The notes under the pieces: model-generated
What the model was told of the DNA's origin: nothing
Databases searched by the model: none
Seen by the model: only the letters and a program-made list of their open reading frames with translations
DNA from: Phoronis australis
Taxonomy: Eukaryota > Animalia > Phoronida
Assembly: GCA_002633005.1 (NCBI GenBank)
Contig: NMRA01000051.1
Span: 130,911 to 194,910, forward strand
Direction of reading: 5' to 3'
DNA length: 64,000 nucleotides
Position numbers and translations under genes: made by a program
In this document: one piece after another, positions 52,301-64,000 of the stretch
Layout: each line of letters opens with the position of its first letter
How positions within the stretch are numbered: the stretch's first letter is position 1

Positions 52301-54169
52301 CAACATACCAGGCGAAAGGCGGGAAACCCTCACTCATCGAAAAATGCCCGGTGGGCCAGGCTGAAACGTCTACATCTAAACTGAATCATCCCTAAGTAAG
52401 TGATTATTTCCTATTCCAATAAAAAATTACCTGATTGCCTTAATGAATATTCAATTTCAAGTTCATGCATACATGGTCTAGAGATTAAGCAAGATTCTAA
52501 GTTCATGCACAACGGCACCTCTAGAACTACCGCAAACTTGCGGGTTAACACCCCATGCCCATCCCTGACTTTTGGTCGATTTTCGGTTTAAGTGCCCACT
52601 GCTTAGGTAATCGCCCATTCCCTACTTCGTGCTAATTTCCCCTTAAGCACCCACCTCTAGGGTAATCGCCCATCCCCTACTTTGTGCTAATTTCCACTTA
52701 AGCGCCCACCTCTCGGGTAATCGGCCATCCCCAACTTACTGCTTACAGAACTTGCGCTTGAACTCATACTTTTGTTCACAGCTTCGCCTCGGGCTCAGAC
52801 TTCTGCGTTTGCAAAATACGGCCTGCTTATAATTGGTACTTGAATTGTCTCGAAAAGTGGGTTTTTCAGGCAGCGTTTGTGGAATATCTCAAGCGCTGCA
52901 ATCACCCCTTTTAAACTTATCAACTAATCTTTTGTTAAATTAATATAGGCCTACCCGTAGATTTTTATAGAAGTGACAATAGTCTACTATGAGATTAGGC
53001 CTACAACATCCTGGTTGTCACACGTCACCTACGAAGGTTTGTCTAGGCGACAAGTTTTCGAATTACCAAGTCTAAATTTTTTCGTATCAGACATCATTTT
53101 CGATGCTTTTTTGAGTTCCGTAGATCAAGTTTTTTGAGTGTTTGCCGAAAACAGGTAAAACTTCGAAACATCGACATATATTTTCAGATGAAGCACTTGA
53201 TTTTGCTAGATTTTTCACCTGGGTTGACCCAGTTTTGAATATACCAATTAATCAAACCCCGTGCATATAGCACGTGATTTTGATAGATTTATTTACTGGG
53301 TCAAACCAGACTTGAATTGAACAATTATTCACACCCCGTTCTTTTTGTATCCATTTACAATTTGTGTCAACCAGGAACAATTTGTTTTTTAGTTCAGCGC
53401 CGGATAAACCAAACAGTGAATCGAAAGTTAATCGGGTTTAATACGCAGACAACATTAACAGTGATGAGAGAGGACCGAAAGGGTTCCAACCAATCACAGT
53501 TGTATGAACAACACTAATACTATAATGGTGATAGAAACAAAATGTAGTCCAGTTCACTGATCCGAAACAGTACTTGCTGATACGGTAAGTGGACTGCCAT
53601 TCGAGTTTCATAAAGCTTCATGGTATGACATTTTGGAGCGTGCTAATATATTTGAAAACATCGAAGCTTTTAGCGACGTTCTCGTGAAATCACCCTGCTT
53701 CCGTTTGAGCCATGAGAAGCTTTGTGGTTGTCTTTTCCCGCTGTTTGACCAAACTTACAAGTTCCGTGTACAAATGAACACCCCGCGAGCTTGCCCAGTT
53801 CAGCTACAACTTGGATGCAAGCGTCCACTCCTTGGGTAATCACCCATCCCCGTCTCAGGTTTTCCCAATTTTAAAAGTGCCCAGGGCGTTAATCCGCAAG
53901 TTTACGGTAAGTCATTTCAGCTTGAATTTTACCATCTCAATTTGCACACAGAAAATGAAACACATATCATGAGGTTAAACATAGATATTAGAACCACAAA
54001 CCATTTCATCATTTTTAATTTCATGTTGAAGTTTTCTCCATGATTCAATAAACGTTTTCAGAATCTTTTTCTTGTTATCAGTTCCTTGTTTTGAACTAAT
54101 TTGTTCAAGCAAAAGACAAAGATCCCTGAAAGGAACTCTAGAGGCAACGTCGTCACTTGGGTTTGCCAT
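37021..54169 (-). CDS. LIG4: DNA ligase IV, 16 coding exons, about 917 aa
   Basis: Exons (- strand): 54002-54169, 50537-50614, 49854-49961, 49199-49507, 48834-48938, 47414-47520, 46379-46524, 45557-45758, 44997-45279, 43905-44072, 42465-42602, 41593-41736, 41121-41371, 39491-39730, 38354-38506, 37021-37174. All GT-AG with consistent phases; total 2754 nt. Motifs: [11 protein letters not shown], adenylation motif [33 protein letters not shown], two BRCTs flanking the XRCC4-binding segment (DRYGDSF). Confidence 0.96.
37289..37324. repeat. (AAT)n microsatellite in the last LIG4 intron
   Basis: About 12 units. Confidence 0.9.
46632..46978. mobile_element. Foldback MITE in a LIG4 intron
   Basis: AAATTATTTTTG...CTTTTGTGTGAACTCAAG mirrored by CTTGAGTTCACACAAAAG...CAAAAATAATTT. 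Confidence 0.65.
51838..52420 (+). mobile_element. Penelope-like retroelement remnant: GIY-YIG endonuclease between inverted pseudo-LTRs
   Basis: VIYQL...TYIGETKR...RFKEH...AVGEH / KILAKE...KESI...LNRDRG (frameshifted); 51838-~51930 is an inverted copy of ~52326-52420. Confidence 0.85.
52530..53907. mobile_element. Tc1/mariner-type non-autonomous element
   Basis: TA-CCG(C/T)AAACTTGCGG(G/A)TTAAC(A/G)CCC TIRs with TA flanks; ~56-bp subterminal tandem repeats at 52555-52735. Confidence 0.78.
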
Positions 54170-54640
54170 TGCATTAAAACTGTCTGCAGTTTCTTTCACG
54201 AATGAGACTTAGAAGCCAAAATTAAGGAAATCGACGTCCTCAGCTTAGTGACTTGCGAACGATCCGTGTCTAAGGACGCTGACATTTTTGACAGTGTACA
54301 CTGGGAAATATTATAACCGCAAATTAGAGAGGACAATGTTGACTTAAATACAACAAAATATAAATTTGAAATTATTTAGAGTATTAAAATTTTATTACAT
54401 TTTAATTAAAGTTATTATGTTTGAACACTTGTGGATAAATATATAGTTGATTGGGAAAATATTAGGTATAATAGTTTTAGGAGTGAGAATACACAACTCT
54501 GGAAATTATTATTGCGCATGCGTCGTTAAATTTTTCAACGGCTCGTCGGATTTATTTTGCAAGAGCATTTGAAATTTGATTAGATTTTGATCAGTTAAGT
54601 CGTTCAAAGGCTGCTTATTGCTTAACTCGTAATCAAGGCC
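54170..54640. promoter_or_regulatory. Shared bidirectional promoter/5'UTR region of LIG4 and the KIF2-like gene
   Basis: Divergent ATGs with 471 bp between them; NRF1/EWG-like TGCGCATGCG at 54513-54522; CHR-like TTTGAA at 54568-54573. Confidence 0.6.
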
Positions 54641-57600
54641 ATGGACATAGGGAATCTAAAAGTCGGCTGCACCGTTGATATTCAACGTACAAATGGTGAG
54701 TCACTTCGTGTTTATTTAACTGGACTGTGTATTCTCGATGAACTCCTGTCGTGATGTCGGCTTGGTAGCGCAGGGACCCGGGCAGGAACTGGGCCGGTTA
54801 GTTGGCATTAGGCAATTACATCACTCTGAATGTCGCAGACATGCACTGGCGATAGTATATCCTCATAAAAAGTTACTCGTCTCACAATTCAGGGAATAAA
54901 ATCGAATCGAACTTCCATGTACAGGAATATACCAGGTTTCAAAAGTCCGCTCAGCTGGCAGCTGGCGAGTGAGCCAGAAAATCTACTCTCCCATCCCAAA
55001 GTTCAGTTGCATGGCTGTTTTGCGTCGGACACCACAAAATTGTTGCCAACGTCAATAACAATGATCGTTTTGTGCGTTGATGTCACCATCTATTAGGGCT
55101 AGTATCATTTTTAGAAAAAGCAGACTTCCTACCAAGAAACTTTCAATGTTGTCGTTGATGAATTCCTCAGCAATGCAAGACGTAGCCTAGGGGCAAAGCT
55201 ATGTACTTATATACAGCTATGCGCCGATATGGGTTAAAGGCTGATCAGATAATTTCTGATACAAAATTAGTGTCGTTAAACATTACACTCTTCTTTTGGT
55301 ACACTAAATTATTTAGCGTTGTTGGAATAATTGGTGTTCTACCATTATTCTGCTGCTAAAATTGCGGCACTATCTTTGTGTTGACTTTCGTTGCCATGAA
55401 ATGTTGCGTCATCCATTGGCCAGTTTCTTTGTATGCCGATTCTTCAATCGACTGTCGTTCTTTCACGAGGTTGCATACATGTCGTACAAATTATCTCGTT
55501 TGGTTTTACTTCATTATAAGGTTTTCACATTTTAATGCCAGCAAACTGAATTTCAGAACAAATTTTGCTGTCATCTCCCGAGAGATGTCGTAAAACTTTA
55601 GGAAATGGCGTGTGTCACGAACGTACTGTTTTCAAAGTGACGACCATAGACATCACATGTCTATGACGACGACATACTTTCCTTTGTTACAAAAGGCAGA
55701 GAATGACCCAAGAAAATGACGTTTGTTAGATTATTCTGTAATGGGCAAGGTGAGTGTTGGTTGACTCCCAGGTTTTGCATACACCCCCTGCCGATCTATA
55801 ACTCTCACATGTTGATATTAGTTTCACGGCGAGGTAGTGAGCAGAAATACCCGGGCTGTGTGGAATTTCGAGGACTGTCAGAGGTCAACACATTGGTACC
55901 TGACTGTACTTTGACAATAGTCTTCTTAAAACTTTGCTGGGCTATGCAAGACGATCCGTCAGCCAAAACAGTAGCGAGCCAGCTTGCTGTATGAAGACTA
56001 TCGTTAAAATACAGCTAGGCACCACTATCTGTAAGTCTTTTACGCAGCCAGGGTAGTTCTGCTCATCATCTTGCCGTGAAACTTGATCAATATGTAAAGC
56101 TAAAGACTTTATGGGGTGCATGCAAAACCTGGGAATCCGTTTAAATGAAGAACAATCTAACAAACGTCATTTTCTTGCGTAATCCTCCGCCTTTTCTAAC
56201 AAAGAAACGTTATTCGTAGTTTCGAAAACAGTTCGCTTGTGACACGCTCACGGGCCATTTCCTAAATTTTTGTAATATCTCTCGGGAGATGATGACAGCT
56301 TGGCTGCAACAAAATTTCTTCAGACATTCATTTTGCTGGTATCAAAATTCTAAAAACTTATTAGGAAGTAAAACCAGTTCTGATAATTTGTTGTGACGTG
56401 TACGCAACCTCGTGAAAGAACAACAGTTGATTGAAGAATCGGCGAAAAAGCCTTTTCACCTATAAGTCTTATTGCTGCACCAAATAGACTCTATACATGT
56501 ATGATCAATCTAGCTAAAAATTGCGACAATTTATTTTGCTAATAAAGATAACAAGGACAACCATTTCAATTTATATGTGTTTTCAATGTTTTTATTTACG
56601 AGAAATTCCATTTGTGACGGACGTACAATCAGAGAACATTTTGATCAGGTTCTCCGAAGGTTTGGTAGTTGTGTATTTTAATGATCAGTCAGAACATAAA
56701 TGTGGCCTTCGGTGACAAGATATAGTAACAGAATAATTCTATAAAGGTAAGCCTTTATTTCAGCAAAGAATTTTCAACAATCTGTAGTATTTTCAATTCT
56801 GTATAATGCAAAATGTGCCAAAACGTCCGATAATTAGGTCACTTGACTGTAGACAATGACCACCGTCACTAGCTGGCTCAGTACAGTGAACAAAAGAATA
56901 CATATCCTCAACAAATTCACATTTTAGGCCTACCAATGCTGTACACAGGCAAAAATCTTCGTTCAAAAATAGGAGTGACGGCTTATTTGTACTTGTATTC
57001 TAGGATTTGACATGGTAAAACATGATGACCAAAAAACCCTTGGAACTCCATTTAGCACTCATGAGTACAAGTGTTTGAATTCACCGCTTGAATTTGTACT
57101 TTATCCACTCGTATTTCCGAGCGTTATACACGATAATTTAAGTTAGGCCACGGGTGTTGCCAGTGGTCCCCGGGGACATCGCATTGTTAGCGTCTTTTGC
57201 AGTGCATTATAAATCGAGACATTGTTTAAATAGACACCAAGCCTAAAGTCAGTCACAGTCTTTTATACTTCGCTGCTACAAATTTGGTAGTTGAGAAGAA
57301 GCATTTTTTGCAGTTCACTGCCGAAGTAAAAGGTGCTGTGCACGTGACTAAGTGGATGACATATTTTTTTCCATTTATGGAACACGGGGCTATAGGAGCA
57401 AACTCGAATCGTTCAATGATTTCCGCACAAAGTTGAAGTCATAGTATTATGATGTCTATGGTTGAAGTATTTTGCTTTTTTGTTCTGAGAATGCAATGTT
57501 AGTCATTGAATCCGTACTCAAAGTTAGACACATTTTTCTTGTGAAGTTTGCACCCTATCTGCTCGTGCGTCAATGTACGTCATTCGGCGGGGGAAATTTT

Positions 57601-60600
57601 TTTGACAAGCTTTTATTCATTCGTTCAAGTTACAACGAAACATCGCGAACAAAAATGAAGGAAGTTTGCACTTAGTTTTATCTGGTTTGCTTGTTCAACG
57701 ACATTGATGACACTTGTATGGCAGGTCAGTTGTAGAATTTGGAGGGTATTTTTTCAACGGCATGTATTTTATCAGTAGTATTTCAAGTTGGCTATTCTGT
57801 GGAATACACTAGAGAGTGCCTATTCTACTTCCGCGTCAGCAACTAGCCCTAGGGCTACGGCAAATCCTTTAAACTTTGGATCTGTGTACTTCAGTTTCAA
57901 AGGTTAAGGGTCTTTAACAAGGGACCGCTTCTCCAAACTAAGTCAGTACTTGCATCATTATGACTCCAGCAAGCAGCGGTGAACCAGCCTGCATGCAGTG
58001 ATGCCATCTATGATCCCTTGCTCAAGGTGAGACAAGTGCTCGACATTCTTGAGTCCAAGCTAAGTGATATATGCAAACTTGGCTGCCAGTTGTCAACACA
58101 TGGGGACATGGTTGGATTCAAGGAGAGGTTACACTTTACACTTCTGTCTTTACATGTCTGCAAAACTCACTAAATGGAACATAAAGGTGTGGTAAATATG
58201 TGAGGCCAAAACAGGCTGTTGTTGCAGCCTCAACATCTATACTGGGGGAGGTGTCATCGTGAGCTTGGATAAGGTGTTGTCAGGGTTTGGTTGTCACCGT
58301 ACCACAATAGATTTCACCGATAGGTTTTTGCACAGTCTGTTGTGCTTGTGAAACATGTGGAGTTGGTGAACACAAACATGTGCAGCTCTATTGTGCAAAA
58401 CAGGAAGGTATTGCCAAAGGCTACTGATGAGTCAGCGCAAATCACCATCTGGACGCTTAGATGTGTGCATTTTCCAAAATTTCACTCTGCTAAGTTAACT
58501 GTTTTCCAGCTTTCAATATCAGAGCTCTTTAACTTAATTTTTGAACTGAAAATTATCCAGATAAACATTCATTTGCCTCAGAAAATGAGATTTCCCTTCA
58601 ATTTAATACTAAAATGTAGTTCCATGTTCTACAAGCAAGTGCGATCCGGCATCCCTGCAGTTCTGTCATCACCTGTTATCACCATCATACTCATCTCATC
58701 TTCATCATCATCATCACGCCTGTTATTCAGTGGAGAAAAATAGTTCTTAAAACCTGTGACCCTTGTAAGTGACCATTACTGTATTTGATGCCAACATGAC
58801 TGACGTTTCTTGATGAAGTTCTATGTCATGCCCTGTACAGATTGTTGATGGTGAACTCAGCGCAGTTGGTTGTCATGTTTAAAGTCGGCCAATCTTAATC
58901 TCATGTGAATGTAAGAATGAAAAGTCATGTAACTTTTCGACTGACATGATGCACAACATTTCGGCTGACAATGTGACTGTTGTCAATTGAGCTTTACTCT
59001 TTCAGTCAGTGTTTTGAGACTTTCAAGAAAAATGTCAGTTGCAGTTCAAAATCTCCATTAATATCAAACCAAAGGTTTTAACCCTGAAATTTCTTTCTGT
59101 CTCTTCCTGAAGAGTTTGGTGGTAAGAGATTTCACTTGATGTCCACTTGGTCAACAATCAATCAATATTGATTGTGGGTCACTTATTGAACAGTTTGACA
59201 GGTTGCATAATGGCATCATCTTGAATTAAGATTTACTTAGCTTTGGTATAATTGTGTCACTGGGCTCATGGGGGACTGCAGCCTTGTGGTCTCCTGTTGT
59301 TGTTTGATTTTTCCCCATAAATAACCACTTCCACTATTTCAAGTATTGTCAAGTAACTTTACAGCATTGGTTCTGCTATGAGATTGAAATCTTCCAAAAG
59401 CCAAGACTCATAGATTCTACTCCAACTCTCTGTTGCCAATTTCTAAAGGTCACTTTAGACATTGATCTTGACAAGTGATTGTTTACTACACATGCTCAGT
59501 GATGAGTCATGGCTCATGGCAGCATGGCTTAAAGTGTTAATCTGGACTTAGGAGGGACTTTTTATTGGCTATTGATAAACATTCTTTAATGTAAGGAAGA
59601 AGTTGCCTGTTTGAGTACAGAAGGCAAATTTTAAAATACAATATTTGAATGTGTCTTTGAGTTGATACATAGTGCTTCGTAAATGTTTTAAGCCCCACAT
59701 GGCGGCAACTGGGTCAATCAGAATTCGCTAAGATCAAACTGGAATAAAGCGGGTTAGCAACTTAGCGGTGGTGAATTTTTCTGCTGAAGCTAAAAATGAA
59801 CTCCGTTTGGTCCTTGGTCTTTTTGTATGTAATTAGGAACAAACATGTAGCATTATAATCAATACAAAGGGTTTCACTCTAAAGCTTCAGCCAAAACAAT
59901 GGCTTTCTAAGATTGCACTGCATTGTACTTTTAAGTAATGCTGTTCTTTTACGGAGCGGGGATGGCATTATTGTTCTGCAAATAATACTGTTTTTTATCA
60001 TTTTTACTTCTGTTTTGTTGACTCTGTAATAGTATCGAAAGCCTGAGCCTGGACTTATCGTGTGAGGCTGCAAGAAATTTGATGTTTCGCAATATTAAAT
60101 TGGTTTGAACTGAAAAAGTTCACGCACTTTGGTGTGAGAGGTTGGATGATAGTTTGTCAGTTTATTTGGTGGCATTTACGGTAGGGTAATGACTCTTACG
60201 ATGCAAAACTCTTTGCACGATGTTTGAAAAAATCAAAATCAAGAAATTTCAATTTCAGATTGAATTTCGTTGTCACATAGTTTAGGAACTGTCCCTAAAT
60301 GGATAATTTTTATCAGTGTTGATTTTTGTTTGTTACAGGACGTGTTCATTCTGCTGTGGTTAGCGGTATTAACTTGGAGGCAGGAAGTTGTACTGTCGAG
60401 TGGTATGAAAATGAGGAGACCAAGGGAAAAGAGGTATCTTTTAAAAAGTCCCGTCATTTAGTCCAAGTGATGTGTTGAAGTTGTTAAGTCATTTTAATGC
60501 CAGTGAATAGATTACGCCAGAAATCTTACAAAATATAAGTCTCAGTTGTAATTGGAAATCTTTGGAAGTGAAAGACAGTTTTGTAAATTTAGCTACTTGC

Positions 60601-61273
60601 CTTTTACCGTATGTGGTTAATTCCTGAGGACAAATAGATGTATAATGGTTTTGATAATTCACAATGCACGCTGAAAGTAATCTAACAAAATACTGTTGCC
60701 AAGTCATGACTGGATATTTTAGCTTTTTAATGCTGAATTCTTCTTCTCGACCGTCATGACCAGGAATTTCAGGTCAATTTGCCTGGTTGTATGTGAGATG
60801 TACTGCACCTAACCACGAAATGCAAACAGTGCTCACGAAATGAGACCTGGAAAAATAACCAAGTTGCCAAATGAGAAATGAACAAGGAATGAAGGAAACC
60901 CTGTACACGGGAAATTAGGAATGAGGCATAATGATTAGCGATCAAAGCACATTGTGTATGTGTCACAGTGTGGCTCTTTGGTTTTTCTGGACAATGTTAA
61001 TTACTGACAATTCTGATTACTGTCCGTTTACATCCTGTGGTATGTTAGGTGCATGCTCAGTGACTTGGATTTTTTCCAGATTACCAAACAAAATCTGAGG
61101 TCACATTGCGTGGCGAGCTGCAGGTCACCAAGTCCAGCATTAGCTGGTGATGAAGTTGTGCTTGATATATTTCTAATGTCTCTGTGTTGTAGATTGAGAT
61201 GGTAGCCATATTTAAGTTGAATCCAGAGCTACTAGAACAACCGAAGACTACTCGCGAAGACAGAAAGGTCAAG
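54641..61273 (+). CDS. KIF2A: Kinesin-13 (KIF2A/KIF2C-like) N-terminal exons 54641-54695, 60339-60433, 61193-61273; gene continues beyond
   Basis: Spliced peptide MDIGNLKVGCTVDIQRTNG-RVHSAVVSGINLEAGSCTVEWYENEETKGKE-IEMVAIFKLNPEL matches the KIF2 N-terminal domain (I-x-R-x-x-GR-x-H...VEW-x-E-xx-TKGKEI...LNP-x-L); GT-AG junctions with compatible phases. Orthology among KIF2A/B/C cannot be resolved here. Confidence 0.85.
55435..56443. repeat. ~1-kb imperfect palindrome (foldback) in KIF2 intron 1
   Basis: Arms 55435-55940 and 55979-56443 are reverse complements along their length, with a short spacer. Confidence 0.85.
57905..58420 (+). pseudogene. piggyBac transposase remnant
   Basis: DRF..LSQYLH, YDPLLKVRQVLD...LSTHGDMVGFKERLHF, KW-x-IKVW..CEAKTG...NIYTG; decayed DDD domain. 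Confidence 0.75.
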
Positions 61274-61499
61274 GTTGGTATTGGAAGGAGTCAATGGCTA
61301 TTACATGAATATAACTTTAATTTACTGTTGCTGTGGTTTTTATGCCGTCACCCAAACATGCACACATGCTCACATATTTGTAAGTGCATTATGCTGTCAT
61401 CCCCGTTTGGCTGGCATCGACTGCTGTATTTCCGAATACCTTGACGGATGTTTGTGATTTCTAGACACATTCCTATCAGGGATGAGATGGCTCGAGGTA

Positions 61500-62330
61500 A
61501 TTTTTGAATGAATTCGATTACTAATGTGGCCCATAGTGGCAATTTAAATTAGTCCTTTTCTCGAGTTCACTGACAAATAATCATGAAATTTGGAAATAAG
61601 TTTCTCTTTTGGAGATGACCGGCATTATCCCATTTTTAGATGGATTCTATGTAATTCACTTGCCCTAGTGGTCATTTGTGTAAACTATTTTTGCGTCCAT
61701 TTTTTGACGTTTACTTCTCTTTCTCCCAAACTGCCATAAGAATCATGATGAAAATTAACAGAATCGTGTTCCTATTGAGATAAGTGGGACTGACATAGAT
61801 TTTTGGATGGGTCAAACCACTGTGACAGCCCCTAATAGAAATTACGACTTTCCTTTGCGTATGCCTTTACATTTATCAAGTTCTGTGATGTATGTTCATG
61901 AAATTTGGTAAATAGTCTTGTATGAAAGAGACAATGGCTCATTTATTTTCAAATGGATTTTCAATGCATTCTACGTCTCTCCCAGTGGCCATTGTTTGTT
62001 ATGTTTTTCCTCTTGGCGTCTGCCTCTCTATCTGCCAAAGTTTGAAGGATTACTACAAAATTTTGCGATGTATTCCTTAGATGATCATGACTGACATATT
62101 TTCAGCATGACTCCAACTACTGTGGTGCTGCCTGATGGCAAATTATTATTTCCTGTGCCCTAATGTCTACCAAATTCCTTAATGGATCTTAATAAAATTT
62201 GGTACATGGGTCTAGTTAGGAGAGTATACCCGAAATTGATTTTGGCACGAGTGTGGTGTCTCCTCATGGCAGTTCAGGCCTTTTTTTATGCGCCAAGTTC
62301 CTTGATGGATGTTCACGTTTTCTGTAATGC
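61500..62330. repeat. Degraded HINE/Helitron-like repeat array
   Basis: Repeating ATGAAATTTGG...CCTAGTGG(C/T)CA units; related to 36190-36900. Confidence 0.45.
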
Positions 62331-63213
62331 AAACGGAGTTGCAGCTGCACTATCTTAAGTGCACATGTACTAACTTTGTCACATTTTGTACTCGCAGCTG
62401 CATTTCATCTTGTCTAGCAGGCTAAAAATGAAAACTGAATTAGGGTTGCTTCATAAAATCTGTCTCATAATTTCCATTACTAACAAAATTACAGAACTCT
62501 TTAGCGACTCTAGAAAGAAAGTGCTTCAGAGTTAATTGAGCTTGGCTGACCCTAAGATTGCAAATTCAAAAGTGGCGCTTGAATGCATTGTCTGTGGCTT
62601 GAATTGGCGGCTAATTTGACTATGACTTAAGATCAGACGAGCTTGGTAATATTTTTAAACCCATAACCCTTCAGTTAAGTATCAACATTGTCAGCTAAAT
62701 GAATGAAATGCAGCTTTATAAAGTACCACACAGTCTAATTAAAGGCTGCAAAGACATTGTAAATTATGGCTAACTTAAGCCTTTTTTCCAAACTTTTTGA
62801 CAGTTTTTCAAGAACATCACAGACCATTTAGGGCGTAACAAGTACAAACAAACAGGTCATGGCAACACATTAATGTTGATGGGACATACTTTTGGCTAGG
62901 AGAATTTGGCAGAAAATGAAACTCTATTTCTCTGCCATGTCATCACAATTAACTCTGCCACTGTCAGTTTCCTCAGTTGGATTCCTTCCAGTTTAAAATT
63001 CCACTCTTGATGTTTCAGTGCAAATGGTCAGTTGGTGAACTTGGTGAATAAAATCAGTTTTCTTGACCTTTGATGTCTAATTATAAATAACCTTGCAATA
63101 ATGAGCAGGCTTTCAAACTTTTGTGCAAAATTGATTTGCTATGACATTTGTAAGTCCATAAACATTTTGGATGGCCATTCATTTCTCTTTCCCATCCATG
63201 TCCCATCTCGCAG

Positions 63214-63841
63214 GCAGTGGCTCCTGATGGAGATCGCCATCACTACGGATACTACGACGTGGAAACCTCTGAGGAGGAAGAAGAGATTTCAGACGAGGCT
63301 AGTTAGCATGACCTGCACAGTTGTCAGAGCTATGATTTCTTGACCTCCGTGCATTTGTTCATTATGTTGTCGTGAACCTCCTGCATGGATTTCCTCATGT
63401 TGAGCAGTGACTGTTGTTAAGTCATAGTATTAGCTGTATTATTTATTTGGTTTCATAAGGTTTCTTTATTATTAGATCATGGATTGTAGAACTGTTGATT
63501 GGACTTGGTGCTTGCATAGGATAGAATTTGCAGTTTGAGATCAACAAATCCCTTTTCATCCTGATTGCAAGAAAGGGTGATGTCTGCAAGTCTTCGCTAA
63601 TGTTCAAAGGGCCATGTTCAGTCACTGTTATCGAATTATTTCTTGACCTTTACTGTCATATACATCCTATTAGGTTTTGTATGAAATCATTGGCCGCAAG
63701 TGTTTGCTTTCTCTATCTTTCTCATATACAACGACTTTAAAGAACATGCGCAAGGCTAATGTGCCTAACTGCCTGAACATTCGAGAGCGCAAAGAGATGC
63801 TGGAAAAGTTGGTAATGGATTTTGAGCAGGGCCTCACAGAG
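63214..63841 (+). CDS. Candidate further exons of the KIF2-like gene (63214-~63297 and 63743-63841)
   Basis: Pyrimidine tract + CAG then AVAPDGDRHHYGYYDVETSEEEEEISDE; second block AAG|NMRKANVPNCLNIRERKEMLEKLVMDFEQGLTE|GTAC (99 nt, phase 0). Coding-like, but no homology recognised. Confidence 0.4.
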
Positions 63842-64000
63842 GTACCCCACTGCCATTTCCGATTCTTGACTTGACGTTAAGTTGTGTTGAAAAGTTTGTT
63901 GATGTTGTTCTTGTTGTTAAGGTTTGAAATTTTGTTGTTGTTTATTTTGTGTTGTTTCTTAGAAATTGCGTTTGTGCATAATGATTTTATCTTCAAATGC

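Overview
Eukaryotic (animal, probably marine invertebrate; taxon is inferred) AT-rich genomic window with spliced genes and dense transposon content. It holds (1) two tandem two-exon carotenoid-oxygenase (BCO/RPE65/NinaB superfamily) paralogues on + (2292-4590 and 21566/22158-29623), both with all four Fe-binding His, an N-terminal signal-peptide-like leader and shared N-glycosylation sequons; (2) a complete 16-coding-exon DNA ligase IV gene on - (37021-54169, about 917 aa); (3) the 5' exons of a kinesin-13 (KIF2-like) gene on + starting at 54641, head-to-head with LIG4. The two oxygenase paralogues are separated by a 12.3-kb nest of DNA transposons (Academ-like > Academ > Kolobok / 5-bp-TSD element > foldbacks). 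Also present: a family of CA..TG MITEs with 5-bp TSDs, a tandem Helentron-type (HINE) dimer, Penelope, piggyBac and LINE remnants, a probable solo LTR, a 1-kb intronic palindrome and microsatellites. Splice junctions, TIRs and TSDs were read by eye; family names rest on recalled motifs, not database searches.
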